Origin: Octopus vulgaris
Taxonomy: Eukaryota
Reading direction: 5' to 3'
Length of the DNA stretch: 64,000 nt
NCBI GenBank assembly: GCA_951406725.2
Contig: OX597838.1
Span: 37,076,001 to 37,140,000, forward strand
Numbering within the stretch: position 1 is the stretch's first letter; the number at the start of each line of letters is the position of its first letter. The position numbers were made by a program, and so were the translations under genes. Of the stretch, positions 40,790-53,105 are shown piece by piece. The notes under the pieces were generated by a model. It was not told the origin of the DNA and ran no database searches. It was given only the letters and a program-made list of their open reading frames with translations.

Positions 40790-40861
40790 ATACCTAGACA
40801 ATATTTCAAATTTTGCCACATCTATGCCAGTACATATATATATATGTTTAGAATTCTAAAC

Positions 40862-40907
40862 AAAACTGCCTGACGAACAGTAACGTGAAACTCTGGGTAA
40901 CAGTTTT
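40862..40907 (+). ncRNA. Minimal type-I hammerhead motif
   Basis: AAAACUGC CUGACGA AC-aguaac-GU GAAA CUCUGGG UA ACAGUUUU; intact core, C-A mismatch at the stem I base; AATAAA about 25 nt downstream. Confidence 0.72.
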
Positions 40908-41164
40908 TGTGATATTTTTGCTACTTTTTAATAAAGTATATTACTCTACCTCCGGTATTCGAGTACTATTTTTTCCACCTTGTTTCACACTTATGTGCTT
41001 ACTCCAGTATGTGTGTGTGTCTGTGTGCGTGTGTGTGTGTGTGAGTGAGTGAGAATATATATGATTCCCTGTAAAGACATCGGAGTCTAAGTTTGAATAC
41101 TTTGAGCACTATTAAGTGTCTGCTATACAATGGATCTCTAGATCTCAACTGTGAACTATACATA

Positions 41165-41215
<51 letters not shown>

Positions 41216-41307
41216 TTAAAAATTTAATAAGGGTAGAAATTGATATTAATCAATTAAAACCAGTGGCCAAGCATATTATTTTAAAAATCCGAAGATTAAA
41301 AATTTTG

Positions 41308-41604
41308 TATATACAAAATTTAGAGGAATGACCACTAATAGTGGACAGCCTGTATGCTAGATATAGACGTCAAACTCGCCATTTACCACGAAGAATGTGT
41401 TCTCAAAAAAAAAAACAAGTGAAACTAATTACTACGTAGGTAATCGTTTTTTTTATTTTCGTATATTTTCATTTGTCTTATTTTTAAACTTTGGTTTTTG
41501 CTGATTTCTTTTTTTTTGAGAACACATTCTTCGTGGTAAATGACAAGTTTGACATCTATATCTAGCATACGGGCTGTCCACTATTAGTGGTCATTCCTCT
41601 AAAT

Positions 41605-41613
<9 letters not shown>
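41308..41613. repeat. Inverted repeat, ~105 bp arms and ~95 bp spacer
   Basis: tttagaggaatgaccactaatagtggacagcc...gaagaatgtgttctcaaaa is mirrored by ttttgagaacacattcttc...ggctgtccactattagtggtcattcctctaaa. Confidence 0.9.
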
Positions 41614-41642
<29 letters not shown>

Positions 41643-41894
41643 TTAAAGATCCAACAGAGGTAGAATCAAAAAGAAAGGTACTCCATTTAATGAGAGATAA
41701 ATATCAATTTAATATACTGTCAAAAGAGCTACTAATAGTTTTATACTCTTATGATTCTTGAACAGCCATATTTATAAAATATGTCATGTGTCTTAAAGGG
41801 ATCTTACGTCATGGTATTGGCCAGATTTTTCAATGTTGTTATACATCGCTGGTCACAATGCCTTTTGCATTGTTTTAACTTTGAAATGATGCCA

Positions 41895-42100
41895 TAACAT
41901 TTTTCTAACACAATGACTTAAATATATTCTTTAACCATATAACATAAGCCTTCTGTATTTTTGTTACTCTTTTTTTTTTTTTTTATACATCCAAGCACGT
42001 GGTTGGATGTATAAAAAATAAAAAAGAGTGAAAAAACTACTGAAGGCTTGTGCAATGAGGTTAAAGAATATATTTAAGTCGTTATGTTAGAAAAATGTTA
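41895..42100. repeat. ~205 bp fold-back adjoining a hammerhead
   Basis: taacatttttctaaca...gacttaaatatattctttaacc is mirrored by ggttaaagaatatatttaagtc...tgttagaaaaatgtta; centre atacatccaa-gcacgtgg-ttggatgtat. Confidence 0.9.
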
Positions 42101-42131
42101 GAAAATTTTGTGTATAGTAACATAGTTTTTG

Positions 42132-42170
42132 GAGAAATAACCGGTTTCGTGTAAACTTTTCAAATTTCTC
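42132..42170 (-). ncRNA. Minimal hammerhead with U3-A8 core variant
   Basis: Minus: GAGAAAU UUGAAAA GU-uuac-AC GAAA CCGG UU AUUUCUC; perfect 7-bp stem I, G10.1-C11.1, palindromic stem III. Confidence 0.75.
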
Positions 42171-42805
42171 AAATTTCTTTACCTACATTGTATCATGTCT
42201 TTATTATGGAGTGAATATATATATATATGTATATATATATATGTTTTCATCCAAATTCAATCTCTCAATCACCGCTTCGTTCAGCTTTCAAGATTCAGAT
42301 AAAGAAATGTGTTAATTTCCACTCTCTTAGTCAAACAGATTTCTAAGTGATTAAGAAGTTTGCTTTGTAATCATAAGGCTCTGAATTTAATCCCACTTTT
42401 TGGGAGGAGGTTACTGATTGCCATCGATTCAGTGGTCGACGTGTACTTTATTTTATTAACCCAAAATAATGATAGATATAGCTGACCTCAGAACATAGAG
42501 AACCAGAAGAAGTGTTGCTAGGCATTGTTTATGATTCTGCCAGCTTCCAAATAACTGTTCTGTCGGGCACAGCAAGCATGCCCCCAAAACTGCTCTATTG
42601 GGGGTAGTCATTATGCCTCCACACCAGCTGGGATTTGGGAATTGGTATATGGGTGTTGAGTATCTTCCACGATGCTTAACAGCGAAATACCAAGTCTTAT
42701 AATCTATTGGAAGAGACTCTGTGAGACCCTTGGCAATAAGATGTTGTCTGCTTTCACGGAATTAACCAGAGCAAGTAAGATTGAGAGCTTTGAGCAGTAA
42801 AATGT

Positions 42806-42826
42806 AATAATAATAATAACAACAAC

Positions 42827-42864
<38 letters not shown>

Positions 42865-43013
42865 TAATAATAACAATAATAATAATAATAACAATAATAA
42901 TAATGATAATAATAATAATAATAATAATGATAATAATAACAATAATAATAATAATAACAATAATAATAATGATAATAATAATAATAATAATAATGATAAT
43001 AATAACAATAATA

Positions 43014-43083
<70 letters not shown>

Positions 43084-43162
43084 TAATAATAATAATAATG
43101 ATAATAACAACAATAATAATAATAATAATAATAACAATAATAATAATAATAATGATAATAAC

Positions 43163-43197
<35 letters not shown>

Positions 43198-43201
43198 TAA
43201 C

Positions 43202-43236
<35 letters not shown>

Positions 43237-43257
43237 TAACAATAATAACAATAATAA
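42806..43257. repeat. ~450 bp (AAT)n microsatellite with AAC/GAT variants
   Basis: Direct inspection; source of the poly-L and poly-I ORFs. Confidence 0.95.
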
Positions 43258-43339
43258 GGTTTAAAACAAACTTTTTTTTTATTTATTTATTAGACATTCA
43301 CTAGTACAACACCAAAAAAACCCCAAATATATGGCACAC

Positions 43340-43442
43340 TAGGCATAACAACAACGTGAACTTCCAACCTGTTGTCTCTTGAGGTCTCTGGTTGAAGACA
43401 TTGGAGCCAACTTGTACAAACATAAAGCAAAAGTCAAACATA

Positions 43443-43490
<48 letters not shown>

Positions 43491-43495
43491 TAATA
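43340..43495 (+). mobile_element. Probable 3' end of an (AAT)n-associated non-LTR element (R4/Dong-like)
   Basis: Short unique block running directly into (AAT)n; a similar arrangement occurs at 42640-42805. Clade assignment is inference. Confidence 0.35.
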
Positions 43496-43496
43496 A

Positions 43497-43820
43497 CTAA
43501 AACACTCAGCTCAAACCTCCGTCAAGGCAACACCAATATCCTCTCAATGATTTGCCAGAGATGATTTTTAAAATAAGAATATCTGATAATAAATTCGACT
43601 GCTTTGAAAAATTTCAGTAAAGAAACAGGAAAAATAATCTGAAATCCTTGTCTGACACTGCATCGATCCCAAAATCTAATCGGTTTGTGCCAGTCACGAG
43701 GCCAAATATCCCTGAAAGTTTCATCCAAATCCATTCCGCAGTTCTTCAGATATCTTGTCTACAGACAAACAAGCAATCAAGCACGACTGGAAACAATACC
43801 TCTGCCTTACCGAGGTAATA
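43497..43820. mobile_element. Helentron/HINE-like non-autonomous element
   Basis: Terminal atacctctgcc-tta-ccgaggtaat hairpin, acagacaaac microsatellite and aaagtttcatccaaatcc motif. Confidence 0.4.
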
Positions 43821-43845
43821 ATATTAACAACAACAATAGCAATAA

Positions 43846-44061
43846 TTCTTTACTTACTTGTTTCAGTCATTTGACTGCGGCCATGCTGGAGCACCACCTT
43901 TAATTGAGCAACTCGACCCCGGGACTTATTCTTTTGTAAGCCCAGTACTTATTCTATCGGTCTCTTTTGCCGAACCGCTAAGTAACGAGGACATAAACAC
44001 ACCAATATCGGTTGTCAAGCAATGCTAGGGGGACAAACACAGACACACAAACATATACACA

Positions 44062-44107
<46 letters not shown>

Positions 44108-44500
44108 TACGACGGGCTTCTTTCAGTTTCCGTCTACCAAATCCACTCACAAGGCTTTGGTCGGCCCGAGGCTATAGTAGAAAACACTTGCCCAAGGTGC
44201 CATGCAGTGGGACTGAACCTGGAACCATGTGGTTGGTAAACAAGCTACCTACCACACAGCTACAATAAAAAAAAATAATAATAATTCTTTCTACTAAAGC
44301 ACAAGGCATGAAATTTGTGGGGAGGGGACTAGTTGATTACATTGACCCCAGTGTATCACTGGTACTTATTTTTGTCAACCCCAAAAGGATGAAAGACAAA
44401 GTTGGCCTCAGTTGAATTTGAACCCAGAAAGTGAAGACAGACAAAATACTGCTAAGCACTTCACCCAGGAGTGCAGACTGTTCTGCCAGCTCACCACTTT
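43846..44500 (-). mobile_element. SINE family A (43846-44260) followed by degenerate family B (44283-44500)
   Basis: Homology to other copies in the window. Confidence 0.85.
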
Positions 44501-44505
44501 GAATG

Positions 44506-44544
<39 letters not shown>

Positions 44545-45028
44545 GATGGGCTACAGCAAATATTCTGCTCAATACCACAGATTTGCTTGTCAGTTGTTTG
44601 ACCTTAACCAGTTGAGCATGTCTCTTAGTGGCTGACGATATGTGCATCTCTGATCACGAGCAGAAGTAGTGGGGGAGCATCATAGCCATGTGTTGAGAGG
44701 GATTCTTTGGGGTTTGAATAATTCACTTCTGGAAACATGGGTGGTTCTTTCAACATCCTTAAACAACCCTTATTCAGGGACCGTTTGAGCGGGATGGGCT
44801 ACTCAACCTGAAGAAAATTCTAACTGGGCCCCACCTGCAAGGTCATGTGCTGTTTATTTTGATATGAGATCACCATGTCGCGCACATATGGTTGTGATGC
44901 ATGTGCCTGGTGTACCTTTATCAGACGGGTAGTCATGATGGGTATATTGGGCTTCGTATATTTTACCCCAGTGTCACTTTGATGGCATGAACAGCATTCT
45001 CAAATAATAATAATAATAATAATAATAA

Positions 45029-45085
<57 letters not shown>

Positions 45086-45271
45086 GAGTAGTAGCAGTAA
45101 TAATAATAATAATAATGATATGAGAAACTATCACCACCTATCACAAGACTCCTATCTTGTCATGACTACGTCCTTCCCATCAACATCATCTTCATCATAA
45201 TCATACCATCTTGTCACCGTTACCATCATCATCCTGTTCTCCCCCAACACATGTATCATCATCATCATTAT

Positions 45272-45321
<50 letters not shown>

Positions 45322-45608
45322 ACTCTCTCCAAGTTCAACCATCCTTGTCACGTTACATCTTTCTCATTTTATTCTGTGCAGCATCATTTCAACCATCATC
45401 ATCATCATCACCATCATAATCACAACCACCACAACCATCATCACCACCACCATCATCATCATCATTTTATCACCCCCAGATGTGTAATGAGTTTGGTGAA
45501 GATCAACCTTTTATGCTGCTCACTTGCAGTATGTCGTTCAAAATTATGTTTTCTCAAATTAGAATCTTCCAGACTCAAATTATTGCAATTATTGCTAATC
45601 TCTCTCTC

Positions 45609-45655
<47 letters not shown>

Positions 45656-45999
45656 TTTTCACTTAAGAATTACAAAAAAAAAAAATGTTTTTAGTTATTT
45701 TGCTACAACCTTTCAAAGTTCTTGATTATCTTGAACTGTCACAGACGAACTGTGGGCCACGGAACTTTCTGAAAGACATGCCTAATTGAAAAAGCTATCC
45801 TGAATTTTTCTTTTTCTGTAGTGTGGGTCATGCAATGATAAGCCATGTCTCATATAATCTAATTTTTGGAAAAGATTGCTGATACCATACTTAGCTTGAT
45901 GTATCTGCTCATATACAGCGGTGGTGCCCCAGCATGGCCGCGGCCTTCTGGCTAAAAAATTTTCAAGGATTTAAGGATACAGAAAAACTACCAGAATTC

Positions 46000-47600
46000 T
46001 TGGTCCCTTGTCATCTCTTTTAGACCCAGCATCTGAAGATCCTTTCTCACTACTTTGTACCACATCTTCTTGGGTGTACCCCTTCCACAGGTTCCCTCCA
46101 CAATGAGAAATCTGCCCTTTTTTTGCAACTGTTCTCATCCATATGCATCATATGACCATACCAGCACAGTCCTCTCTCATGCACACAACATCTGATGCAT
46201 CTTATATACATTTTATCTCTTAAATCATTTACCCTCTGTTTGTTCCTTTTCCAGCCATACCTGGCTCATAAAGGCCAGTTTCCCGGTTTCCCGGGCATAT
46301 AGGTTCCCCACCTGGACGGGACACTGGTCCGTTGCAGGTGAGCTGCAAGATGCAGGAGGAAAGAATGAGAGAAAGTTGTGGTGAAAGAGTCAGCAGAAGT
46401 TCGCCATTACCTTCTGCCGGAGTCGCATGGAGCTTAGGTGTTTTGCTCATAAACACACACATCGCTCGGTCTGAGATTTGAACCCATGATCCCTCGACCG
46501 TGAGTCCGCTGCTCTAACCACTAGGCCATGTGCCTCCACAATAAATGCGCCCATTTAAAGCCTAGCCAGGCTCATGGGCCCGGTTTCCCAGTTTCTATGG
46601 CGTATGTGTTTCCTAGCTGGACGGGACACCAGTCCATTGCAGCGTTACTCATTTTTGCCAGCTGAGTGGACTGGAGCAACATTAAATGAAGTGTTTTGCT
46701 CAAGAACACAATGCGTTGCCCGGTCCAGGAATCGAAACCACAATCCTACGATCATGATGCTGACACCCTAACCACTAAGCCACGCGCCTCCACATCCTCT
46801 GTCATACATACCCACTGACATTACCCATCCAGCTGTGCATGCTGGCTTAATTTTTCTTTCAAGCTTTTGCATGTCCCCTGTAGTCATAGCCCATATTTCA
46901 TTACCATGTTGCCTAGCTATTTGTTCATAGGCATCATACAATCTACCCTTCACTCTGAGTGATGGTACCCTTGTTACTAACAAAGCAGAAGGTCTCTGGA
47001 CTTTGTCCACTCTATTCCTATTCTAGTAACTGTGCTTTCACAGCGTCCTCCTCTACTGCTAACTCGGTCACCTAGGTAACAGACGGTCCCTACTACTTCT
47101 AAGGGTCTCCCTGAACATTTGAGGAAATCCATTTTCTGTACATTCTTAGTGTTTATTGTACCTGCATCTCTATTTCTTTATTCCCCACAAGGGGCTAAAC
47201 GTAGAGGGGACAAACAAGGACAAGGATTAAGTCGATTACATCAATCCTAGTGTGTAACTGGTACTTATTTAATCGACTCCAAATGGATGAAAGGCAAAGT
47301 CGACCTCGGCGGAATTTGAACTCACAATGTAATGACAGATGAAATACCGCTCAGCATTTCACCCGGCGTGCTAACGATTCTGCCAGCTTGCTGCCAGTAT
47401 ATCTGTCACACACAGAGACTACTTTTTTCTGTTAACCTTCCCATGATACTGCTGCATCTCTTATGCACTCATAATTTGCACTGTCTACACCATATGCAGT
47501 TCTTACGAACACCTTTTCTATATTTAGATCAGAACCATCTCACTGAAGGGATTTGAGATTTGTCTGTTTCCCAATTTACTAGGACTTTAATCTTACCTCT
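46000..47600 (-). mobile_element. RTE-clade LINE remnant interrupted by three SINEs
   Basis: Minus strand near 46010-46085 reads RGTPKKMWYKVVRKDLQMLGL, an RTE C-terminal pattern; SINEs at 46228-46540, 46548-46793 and 47170-47395. A related 3' end lies at 57845-57990. Confidence 0.65.
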
Positions 47601-47715
47601 GGCAAAAGGCAGTTCATATTCACCTGTCCTCTATCCTTTGTCCTGTTCAACATTGAAGGCCCCATCATGGAGCTTGCACTCCGCTGGTATGGCTCTCAGG
47701 GCCATTGAGTCACAC

Positions 47716-48252
47716 TAGCCACTGAGCCATGCAATCCACTGAACCATACAAGCCACTGAGTTACATAAGCCACTGAGTCACATAAGTCACCGAGTCACAT
47801 AAGTCACTGAGCCACACAAGCCACTGAGCCACACAAGCCACACAAGCCACTGAGCCATGCAAGCCACTGAGCTGCACAAGCCACTGATCCGCACAAGCCA
47901 CTGATCCATACAAGCCAATGAGCCGCACAAGCCACTGAGCCACAGAAGCCACTGAGCTGCACAAGCCACTGAACCACACAAACCACTGAGTCATGCAAGC
48001 CACTGAGCCGCACACGCCACTGAGCCACACAAGCCACTGAGCCACACAAGCCACTGAGTCATGCAAGCCACTGAACTACACAAGCCACTGAGCCACACAA
48101 GCCACTGAGTTATGCAAGCCACACAAGCCACTGAGCTGCACAAGCCACTGACCCGCACAAGCCACTGACCCACACAAGCCACTGAGCCGTGCAAGCCACT
48201 GACCCACACAGGCCACTGACCCGCACAAGCCACTGAGCCACACAAGCCACTG
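47716..48252. repeat. 17-bp minisatellite CAAGCCACTGA-N6, about 30 units
   Basis: Constant caagccactga followed by variable hexamers gccaca, gtcatg, gctgca, tccgca, accaca, cccgca. Confidence 0.92.
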
Positions 48253-48769
48253 CATAGCAACAAGGATCAGGCCTTGTAGTAGTTTAGCCTGTCAGTCCCA
48301 TAGATAATCCATCACTGGTTTTACCCTAAAAGACATTAGTTAAATCACAGCCTACAAATCATCTTTTATACACAATCTTTGATACGTCTCCATAAAACAG
48401 CATCAAAGTTGTTCAAAACACAAAAAAAAACAGAAGAATATAATAAATGATTACCATAAATTTTTTGACAGACAATGATCAAATAGATGTATCAGACTTC
48501 TAAATGTTCTTTTGCAATTTAATTCTATCACATATCGAGCTATTATCATGTATTGAACTATATTTAAATTTGCAAAACTGATTTTATAATGACCTCGTGT
48601 AAACCAGGCTGGTTTTAAAGTGTTCATATATAATAAATTAAAGCCTTCCACCATAATTTAATAAAAGAAACTCTTTGTTAAATGATGCTGCAATTTCAAA
48701 ACATAAGATTAATTATGAAAAATTTTTCTGATTTGGTGATGCCATGTGATTAGATTGCTGCGGAAGAGA

Positions 48770-49700
48770 ATCACAAGATATATTCTTCAAGCTGAACCAA
48801 CTGGTTAGACAGCTCGGGTGAGAGCAAAAATGAAGCAGTTGGATAAATAGCCACAGTCTCTGTTGGTCGTGCTTCCGTATCCACCAGGGATGTCTAATGA
48901 TGGTTGCTTCTCTTAGGACTCTATGGAGTATATGTCTGAGGATTCTAACCCCTGAGGATTCTAGCCCCTGAGGATGCTGACTCTGAGGATTCTAGTCCCC
49001 AGTGCCATCACTAGCCCTTCCAGAAATGGGAAAGTCTAATGATGGTTGCTTCTCATAGGACCTTATGGAGAACGTGCCAGAGGATTCTGGCTCTGAGGAC
49101 TTTAGTCCCTACTAACACCACCAACCTTCCCAGAAATAGTGGGAAAAGAAAATGGATGGTTAGGATAGAGTGAAATAAGGTGATGAAGGACGTCCATAGC
49201 TCTCCAGATCAAGCTACTACTCTACTTGACATGAAGAGGCCATTGATCTGGGACTATAGATATGTGGTTGGAATGACACAGGACAGGATCACAAGATGGA
49301 TTTTTGAAGCTGGGCCAACTGGCTGGGGTAAACTAGGGATCAGGTAGTCTCAACAGAAATATAATGATAGTTGCTTCTGACGGTACCCTATGGTCTGAGG
49401 ATTCTGACTCTGAAGATTCTAGTCCCCAGTGCCATCACTAACCCTCCCAGAAACAGGAAAGGACTGAGGATTCTAACCCCTGAGGATTCTAACCCCTGAG
49501 GATTCTAACCCCTGAGGATGCTGACACAGGAAAGGATCACAGGATGAATTTTTGAAACTGGGTCAACTAGCTGGAGTAAACTAAGGATCAGATAGTTGAA
49601 TAATATCCATAGTCTCAACAGAAAAATACAATGATAGTTGCTTCTGGCGGTACCCTATGGCAGAGAATCCTGAAGAATCCACCCTCACAATTCTCCCAAG
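48770..49700. repeat. Mosaic of local duplications with 17-bp CTGAGGATTCTAACCC units
   Basis: aatgat(g/a)gttgcttct occurs near 48896, 49037, 49363 and 49630; tgacacagga.aggatcaca occurs at 49274 and 49523. Confidence 0.8.
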
Positions 49701-50164
49701 AATTGTGGACAGAGAAGATGGATGGATGGATGAGAAACCTCCATTTTTTTATTATTTGTCTAAAAGTTAATTTGAGCAAGGCTGACATTTCATCAAAAGT
49801 CTGGCGACAAAGATGGTTTGGAGCTTACAGTCTTGTTTGTTCCTGACTTACATGCTCAAGCACTGTTGTGTGGTGAAGGGGTTCCTCTCACAACAACACC
49901 ATTTTGGGTTCAAACCCACAGCACAACAGCTTGATCAGAGAACTTCTATCGTAACATGAGCTGGTCAAAGCCTTGTGAGTTGACAGAAACTGAAAGAAGC
50001 CTAACATATATACACACACACACACACATACATACATACATACATACATACATACATACATACATACATACATACATACATACATACATGCATACATGCA
50101 TTCATATACACACACACACACACATACATACATACATACATACATACATACATACATTTTTTTT

Positions 50165-50940
50165 TGAGACCCCCTTTGGTCATGACTGACCATGGGATTG
50201 CACCTAGAAAGTTATCCTCCCAGGCACATGTACGGGATTAGGGTTAGGGTTTTATGGAAGACCATGCTTTTATGCATACCGGCCTCCCCGCTCCACACCA
50301 CCAGTGTTATCCAAGGGAAAGGCAAAGGCCGATACAGCTTGGCACCTGTGACGGTCACAACTCATTTCTACAGCTGAGTGAACTGGAGTAACGTGAAATA
50401 AAGTGTCTTGCTCAAGAAAGCATCATGCAGCCTGGTCCGTGATTCAAGCTCACAACCTCACGATTGTAAGCTCGATGCTCTAACCACTGAGCCATGCACC
50501 TTCACTATACATACCTACATACATAAATATATATATGTATATCTTTACTCTTTTACTTGTTTCAGACGTTTGACTGTGGCCATGCTGGAGCACCACCTTT
50601 AGTCAAGCAAATCGACCCCAGGACTTATTCTTTGTAAGCCTAGTATTTATTTTATTAGTCTCTTTGGCCGAACCGCTAAGTTACGGGGACAGAAACACAC
50701 CAGCATCGGTTGTCAAGCGATGTTGGGGGGATAAACACACACACACACACACACATATATACATATACATGTGTATGACAGGCTTCTTTCAGTTTCCATC
50801 TACCAAATTCCACTCAGAAGGCTTTGGTCAGCCCGAGGCTATAGTAGAAGATACTTGCCCAAGGTGCCACGCAGTGGGACTGAACCTGGAACCATGTGGT
50901 TGGTAAGCAAGCTACTTACCACACAGCAACTCCTGTGCCT
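50165..50940 (-). mobile_element. tRNA-derived SINE family E (50165-50500) and SINE family A (50540-50940)
   Basis: The family E copy matches the reverse complement of 54195-54525. Confidence 0.8.
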
Positions 50941-50949
50941 GTATATATA

Positions 50950-51600
50950 TTATCTTTTACCAGTTTCAGCTTGAGAGCTGTGGCCATGCTGGGGCACCAC
51001 TCTTAACTTTGCTTCACTTTCACTACTTGAAACCTTCTCTGAAGGTGACATTTGTTGAATGAGGGAATTTGATATTGCTGCCCTCAACTGCGTCTCTTGC
51101 CTGGGGATAGGTCCATCCAGGACTATTGACAGGAGAAGATCCAGTTTTGTTCTGAAGACATCTCTCAGGCTTTTGGGGAGGATATTGAAGTGCTATGGAC
51201 CCTTGAAACACAAGCTGTTGAAGTGTCTGGTCCTTTATCTTGAAGTGGGTTCACCAAGTAACTTGCAAGATGAAGGCCTCTCAGCTGAGAGAGGGACAGA
51301 GAAAGAGAGAGAGAGAGTGGAACCATGGGAAGTGGTGTTGTGCCAGGTGAGAGGCTAGAGTATCATAAAGGGATAGAGATGTCTTACTATAAACGAGATA
51401 TTCCGCTAACCCAGAGGCAAAAGCAAGGTGAGGAAACAGAGACAGAGTTGGAATGAAAAATAGAGAAGAGAAATAGAAGGTGTTGGAAATGCGTCTGTAC
51501 CTTCCTACAGGTAGCAGGAGAGGTAGTATAGGTGGTGCAGAGGGGATAGAGGGGGGATGTTCCTTAAGAATGTGAAGGTGTATATTCTGTTTACATTTTC
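50950..51600 (-). mobile_element. CR1/L2-group LINE 3' remnant
   Basis: Minus strand reads approximately SLCFKGP*HFNILPKSLRDVFRTKLDLLLSIVLDGP, matching the GP.LFN.LP..LR...FK..LD C-terminal pattern. Confidence 0.6.
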
Positions 51601-51811
51601 CAAGAAAATACACAAATAATTTGTCTGATTTCATTTCTTCAAATTTCTCTCTTGGGGCAAAGTCAGGTTGGTTATATTTCTATGTGATTAGCATAAATAG
51701 TTTTGTTGTTGTTGCTGTTGTTGTTGTAATTGTGGGATTTCCTATAAAATTATTTATATTTTCAATTTTGGGAAGAATGTTTTCAGTTACATTAAGAATA
51801 TATATGTATAA

Positions 51812-51844
<33 letters not shown>

Positions 51845-52070
51845 AATGTATGTATGTGTGTGTGTGTGTGTATGAATATATATACATACTTATATATACA
51901 TATATATATATACATACATACAGATATAAATATATTCATATATATACATGTATATATGTATATATGCTTATATGGATATAAATATGTGCGTATGTACAAT
52001 ATATATATTATATATATATATATGTATATATAATATATATATGTAAGTATATTATATATATATATGTATG

Positions 52071-52111
<41 letters not shown>

Positions 52112-52163
52112 TATATTATATATGTATATAATATATTATATATATGGATATATGTATATGTAA

Positions 52164-52196
<33 letters not shown>

Positions 52197-52344
52197 ACGG
52201 GAAACTTTATGAAAATAAACAAAAGACGAAGGCAGGTGGAGTACAAACAAACAATTGTATTAGTTTGGCTCTCAGGAATATAGATAAAACATATATATAT
52301 GTATATATATTTATATATATATATATGTATATATATTTATATAT

Positions 52345-52392
<48 letters not shown>

Positions 52393-52704
52393 GTGTGCAT
52401 GTATACACATATATATATTCTCTTTTATTTATTTTATAACAAAAAGCACAAGTCATTTGAATACTTGCCATGAGGGATAAGCCAATTTAATCTGTCATGT
52501 AGATCTGTCTCCAATCCAAAGTTGAAATTTATATTTCTATATCCTTAACACTTTCATTCATATTGTTTGCCTTTTCAATTCCATTTTGGAATATTTGCTT
52601 TTCTTTTAGTGGTTATCAGAAATTTTGGTCTCGTTAATTTTCTCTCATTAAAAAACAAAATGATGTGAATTATAATGAATATATAATTATATGTCGTATA
52701 TATG

Positions 52705-53105
52705 TGCGCAGGAGTGGCTGTGTGGTAACCAACCACATGGTTCTGGGTTCAGTCCCACTGCGTGGCATCTTGGGCAAGTGTCTTCTGCTATAGCCCTGGG
52801 CCGACCAATGCCTTGTGAGTGGATTTGGTAGACGGAAACTGAAAGAAGCCTGTCGTATATATGTATATATATATATATATAAGTGTGTGTGTATATGTTT
52901 GTGTGTCAGTGTTTGTCCCCCTAGCATTGCTTGACAACCGATGCTGGTGTGTTTACGTCCCTGTCACTTAGCGGTTCGGCAAATGAGACCAATAGAATAA
53001 GTACTGGGCTTACAAAGAATAAGTCCCGGGGTCGATTTGCTCGACTAAAGGCGGTGCTCCAGCATGGCCGCAGTCAAATGACTGACACAAGTAAAAAAGT
53101 AAAAA
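52705..53105 (+). mobile_element. SINE family A, full length
   Basis: gcgcaggagtggctgtgtgg head through the A-rich tail. Confidence 0.9.

Noticed and set aside
41720-41770. Possible hammerhead relic (AAAA CTATTAG TA GCTC, minus strand)
   Set aside because: Both core strands are too degenerate to support a call.
47716-48252. CRISPR-like array
   Set aside because: The constant part is only 11 bp, the variable parts are 6 bp and related to each other, there are no cas genes, and the context is eukaryotic.
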